64,000 nucleotides of DNA, from NCBI GenBank assembly GCA_905178155.1, contig CAJINV010000002.1, forward strand, positions 1,795,216 to 1,859,215. Reading direction: 5' to 3'. Positions within the stretch are counted from its first letter, which is position 1; the number at the start of each line of letters is the position of its first letter. A program made the translations under genes and the position numbers. Below the pieces are notes generated by a model. That model had not been told where the DNA came from. It saw only the letters and a list, made by a program, of their open reading frames with translations, and did not search any database. Below, in pieces: positions 60,695 to 64,000 of the stretch. The stretch comes from Amoebophrya sp. A120 (taxonomy: Eukaryota; Protista; Dinoflagellata).

Positions 60695-62469
60695 TCAAAT
60701 TCTTGCCATCATTTCCCGCCGCTTTTCGTCGTACTCGAACTGCGTAATGGCCTCCGCATCCAACAACTGCTTCAATTGCATAATTTTCGCAAAAACGTCC
60801 TCCGACCGGGGTCGGAGCTGCGCAGCTCCCGTGATAACTGCTGCGGTTGCTCTGTCCACGTCAGAAATCACGGAAGATGAAGTACCTCCCGCAGCCACGC
60901 CGGCTGCAGTCCTGCTCTGGTTCCCCTCGGTTGTACCTGTCGGAGCTGCTACGCTCGCATTCATTCCCGTTGATTGTTCTGCGGAAACTGTATTCGCGTC
61001 ATTGTTATCTGTTGCTCCGTACATAGTTCCCGATTGGTTCGTTGTATTCGTAGTATCCGCGCCCGAGGATAGGGCAGCTGCGTAATTGGCCGCGGATAGT
61101 TGTTGCTGCTGTTGTTGCATCTGCAAGACGACCATTTTGGCCGCGCCGGTGCTGCTGCGGAGGTATTTTTCCCGTTGTTCGCGGATCATCTTCACCGCGC
61201 TCTCTGGATCATTGCACAAAACCGTGCAGTGGGAGTGCAAGATGTTGGTTACCCCCCCGATCTGCGCGTAGGGCATCAGGCCAGAGTGGTGCTGAATGGT
61301 GTCAACTAACGCGTTCCCGACCGGAACGTGGAGCTTCACACCCGTGGTCCCGCCGTAGCAGTAGAATAACCCGGATTCCTTGTGATCCACCGTCACGCTC
61401 GTGATCTGGCCCAAGTCGCAATAGGCCCGATCATCCCCGGACTTGTACAATTTCCCCATGTCGATGCTCCGGAGTTTGTAAAAGTTCTTTTCCCCGAGCG
61501 CCCACACCATCCCTTCGAGTCTTGCATTCGTTTTCTCACTGCGCCAATACGACCGGCACATGAAACTCGCGATTAACAGCATCCCAGGGACCGTGATCAC
61601 CAAAATGCCCACGATCATGGCGTCGTTGCACAAAAAGCCACCTGTGCTTTCTGGTTTTGAAAGAGGTGCTGAAGACGCAAGAGTTGCTTTGTTCGCTGCT
61701 CCTGTCGCTGCTAACGCGGATTGCAGTTCTTCCTCTTGCAGTTTTTTCTCCTCATCTAAGTCCGGTCGCATAATCCCCCACAGAGTCACGGGAACCACGG
61801 CGATCGCGAGACAGTATCAAATGCAAGCATGTCTGGGTCTGGAAGAGTCGGGGCTTGTCATGCACATTTTGCATGGCCCGTGAGGTCTGTGATGCAGATC
61901 CTAGCGTCACAGATTTTTTGAGGGCATTTCTCATGCTTATCCCGCATGAGAAATGCCCTCTTCGCATGCCAAGAAATCGACTCCTCTTGCTGCTCATGCA
62001 ACACAGATATTTTCAGAATCCGCAGGGACCATTACAAGTTCCACTTTTCCAGACCCAGACATATTTGCACTGCATAGACAGAGCAGCAATGCGATGATGC
62101 TCGTCCACACCTGACAGGTGTTGTTTTTTTCGATGGTTTCCCGGTTTTCCTCCGAGACCCGCCATATCGCGATTAACTTGTCGTTGTCTTCTATCCCACG
62201 AAAAAAGTGTTACAGTTACACATTTGTAGTGAATTCAGCAACACAAAGTTCTCTGCATGACAGAGAAAACTTGTAATGCAAAAATCCTACGTGGAAACAC
62301 CTATGAAACGAGGCTCCTATGCATATCCGGCATGACAGAGCTTGTCTGTCTTGCTTGGCCTGCAACACAGTGTACAACTGCAACACTTTTTTCTTGCGAT
62401 ATCTTCTCTCGCAAACTCCTCGCACTTCTGGCGGTCTTCCTCTTTCGCATTGGAGAGGAGCTGGACCAT
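60695..62469 (-). CDS. Two-TM membrane protein with C-terminal SHOCT-like domain (paralog 3), 2 introner introns
   Basis: MVQLLSNAKEEDRQKCEEFARE|DNDKLIAIWRVSE...LLLC|LAIAVVPV...GMVWALGEKNFY...FAKIMQLKQLLDAEAITQFEYDEKRREMM (SHOCT pattern). Confidence 0.8.
61815..62076. mobile_element. Introner family A
   Basis: TSD GACAG. Confidence 0.88.
62192..62401. mobile_element. Introner family F
   Basis: TSD TCTTC. Confidence 0.85.
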
Positions 62470-63517
62470 TTTGAATTTGAGGCTGCTTTGGTTTTACTAG
62501 GAGGAGGAGCAGGAACTAAGTACCTCGCCTGAATAAAATAAATACGGTGCTGCCACCAGTTTTTGAAACTTATGATGCAAAGCAGTAGCCCTACAGATGA
62601 AACTGCGCATAATTTTCGCTATACGTCAGGGGAGACATTTTCTAACAATCATCTTCTCGGATTAAAATCTAGCACGCGGCTCTGAAGGAAGAAGAAATTC
62701 GTCTTCTCTACTGGTTGTAAAACCTTCTTCATCAGAGGAATCACAAATCGTGGGTGCTTTCAAAAGGAAAATCACATCAAGAAAGCGATCCTGGTGAAAG
62801 TTTTTTTGAGGGAGCTGCAAGGTAAATTTCTTGTTAAGCAACGATACTAAAGCCATAGTCGTCAACATCAAAAGGGAAGCAAAATGATCCACGGACGACG
62901 ACTTACAAATACGAAGAAGCCGACTTTTTTGGTACAACCTTCTATAGCGCCATGCGCAGGTACGGACGATTTTCACTTTTATTCTGTACGGACGATAAAG
63001 CTGTCAGGACGACAACGACGGCTACAGAGCGTAGAAGTCAGTGGATGGTCAAATTTGCAATGCATTTTCAATATCAACACCGAGCTATTCGTCCAACAAC
63101 ACGACCTCCAACTTCTATACCGAAACTGCACATCAACGAATGTAGTAGCTGCAAGAAATAAGTCGACATCTCATACCGACTTTTTTGCTGAAAACGAAAG
63201 TTTTCTCCTCATGATGGAGCAGGGACACGAACGAAAGGAGGACCAACGAGAAGGACAAACCGAAGCTCACAGCAGTAGCTTAAGTTTATAGGAGGTTGCA
63301 TTGACGACGCAACTGATGGATAGGTGCAACTGATGAAAAGATGAAGGCTGGAGGTTATCTTATTGTAACTGTCTATCTCTAAAAATAAGTGGGTGTTGTC
63401 GTGTTGTTCCCACGTACGTTGTTCTCGTAAAAAAGAAGAAACTGGACTATGAATTATACCATTGTTTACAAAGAAATATCGATAAAAAAATTAACCAATT
63501 GTGAAGGAGATGGAGAT

Positions 63518-63790
63518 CTACATTGTAGACGCAGGAGCCGGGGCAAGAGGTGTAGTCGCAGGAGCCGGGTCAGGGTTCGCTGCGTGATGGGCCAACTGCA
63601 ACCGATACTCACTCCCGTCAAGGTACTCTGGCAAAATCGCCGGCGCATTTTGCGGCAAACGGCCACGCTGCTGCATCCAGTTACGGAGGTCAGTGCACCC
63701 CTTCGGATCGTGACTGAACTTGCAAGGCGGTCCGAGCCGGCACTTTTCTCCGCCCGCGACATTCTGGCAGTTCAGCTGGGCGATCGGCAT
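63518..63790 (-). CDS. Small CCCH zinc-finger protein
   Basis: 90-aa ORF containing C-x8-C-x5-C-x3-H (CQNVAGGEKCRLGPPCKFSH); preceded by aaaacaccATG. Confidence 0.65.
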   Translation of the reverse strand: MPIAQLNCQNVAGGEKCRLGPPCKFSHDPKGCTDLRNWMQQRGRLPQNAPAILPEYLDGSEYRLQLAHHAANPDPAPATTPLAPAPASTM

Positions 63791-64000
63791 GGTGTTTTAA
63801 CGTTTTGTTTAATTCAATTATACAATTTCTAAAGTCTTACAATTCTAAAATCTTACAAGGATGGATGTGCAGTGGTGTTCACAAAGTAGTCTAGCAGTGT
63901 CGCGTGCGCAATACTTCGTAAAAATAGAAAGGCAAACAGATGTTTTCTGCTCTATTGTGGGCGAACACTATCTACCTATTCGGTCGACATATGTATTCGC

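Noticed and set aside
25-62076. Recurrent repeats giving ORF peptides such as [19 protein letters not shown] and NVKMSGSGR, read as a protein repeat family or CRISPR array
   Set aside because: These are translations of family-A TIRs. The repeats are inverted pairs with TSDs at irregular spacing, and there are no cas genes.

Overview
Compact eukaryotic (protist) genomic DNA. The architecture matches what is published for the parasitic dinoflagellate Amoebophrya (Syndiniales); this organism call is inference. All 14 genes I could reconstruct lie on the minus strand: MetAP1, adrenodoxin reductase, a CaaX coiled-coil protein, a PMP3-like proteolipid, an ankyrin protein, SmB, a large secreted protein, CKS1, a kinesin-2, four paralogous membrane proteins and a CCCH finger protein, plus one weaker hypothetical gene. 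Their coding exons are interrupted by about 64 introner elements of 145-335 bp. These fall into six or more terminal-inverted-repeat (TIR) families that share TAT...ATA ends, a 5-bp target duplication (TSD) and an internal TTGTNATGC motif. Removing an element plus one TSD restores the reading frame, usually with no possible GT-AG boundary and in either orientation. Three introners carry nested second-level insertions at or beside the GTCATGC motif, one of them a poly(A)-tailed retroposon. Intergenic regions hold non-autonomous elements: a MULE-like element with a 9-bp TSD, and a TTAA-bounded foldback element flanked by, and internally carrying, a 46-bp repeat. Coordinates were counted by hand and may be off by a few bases.
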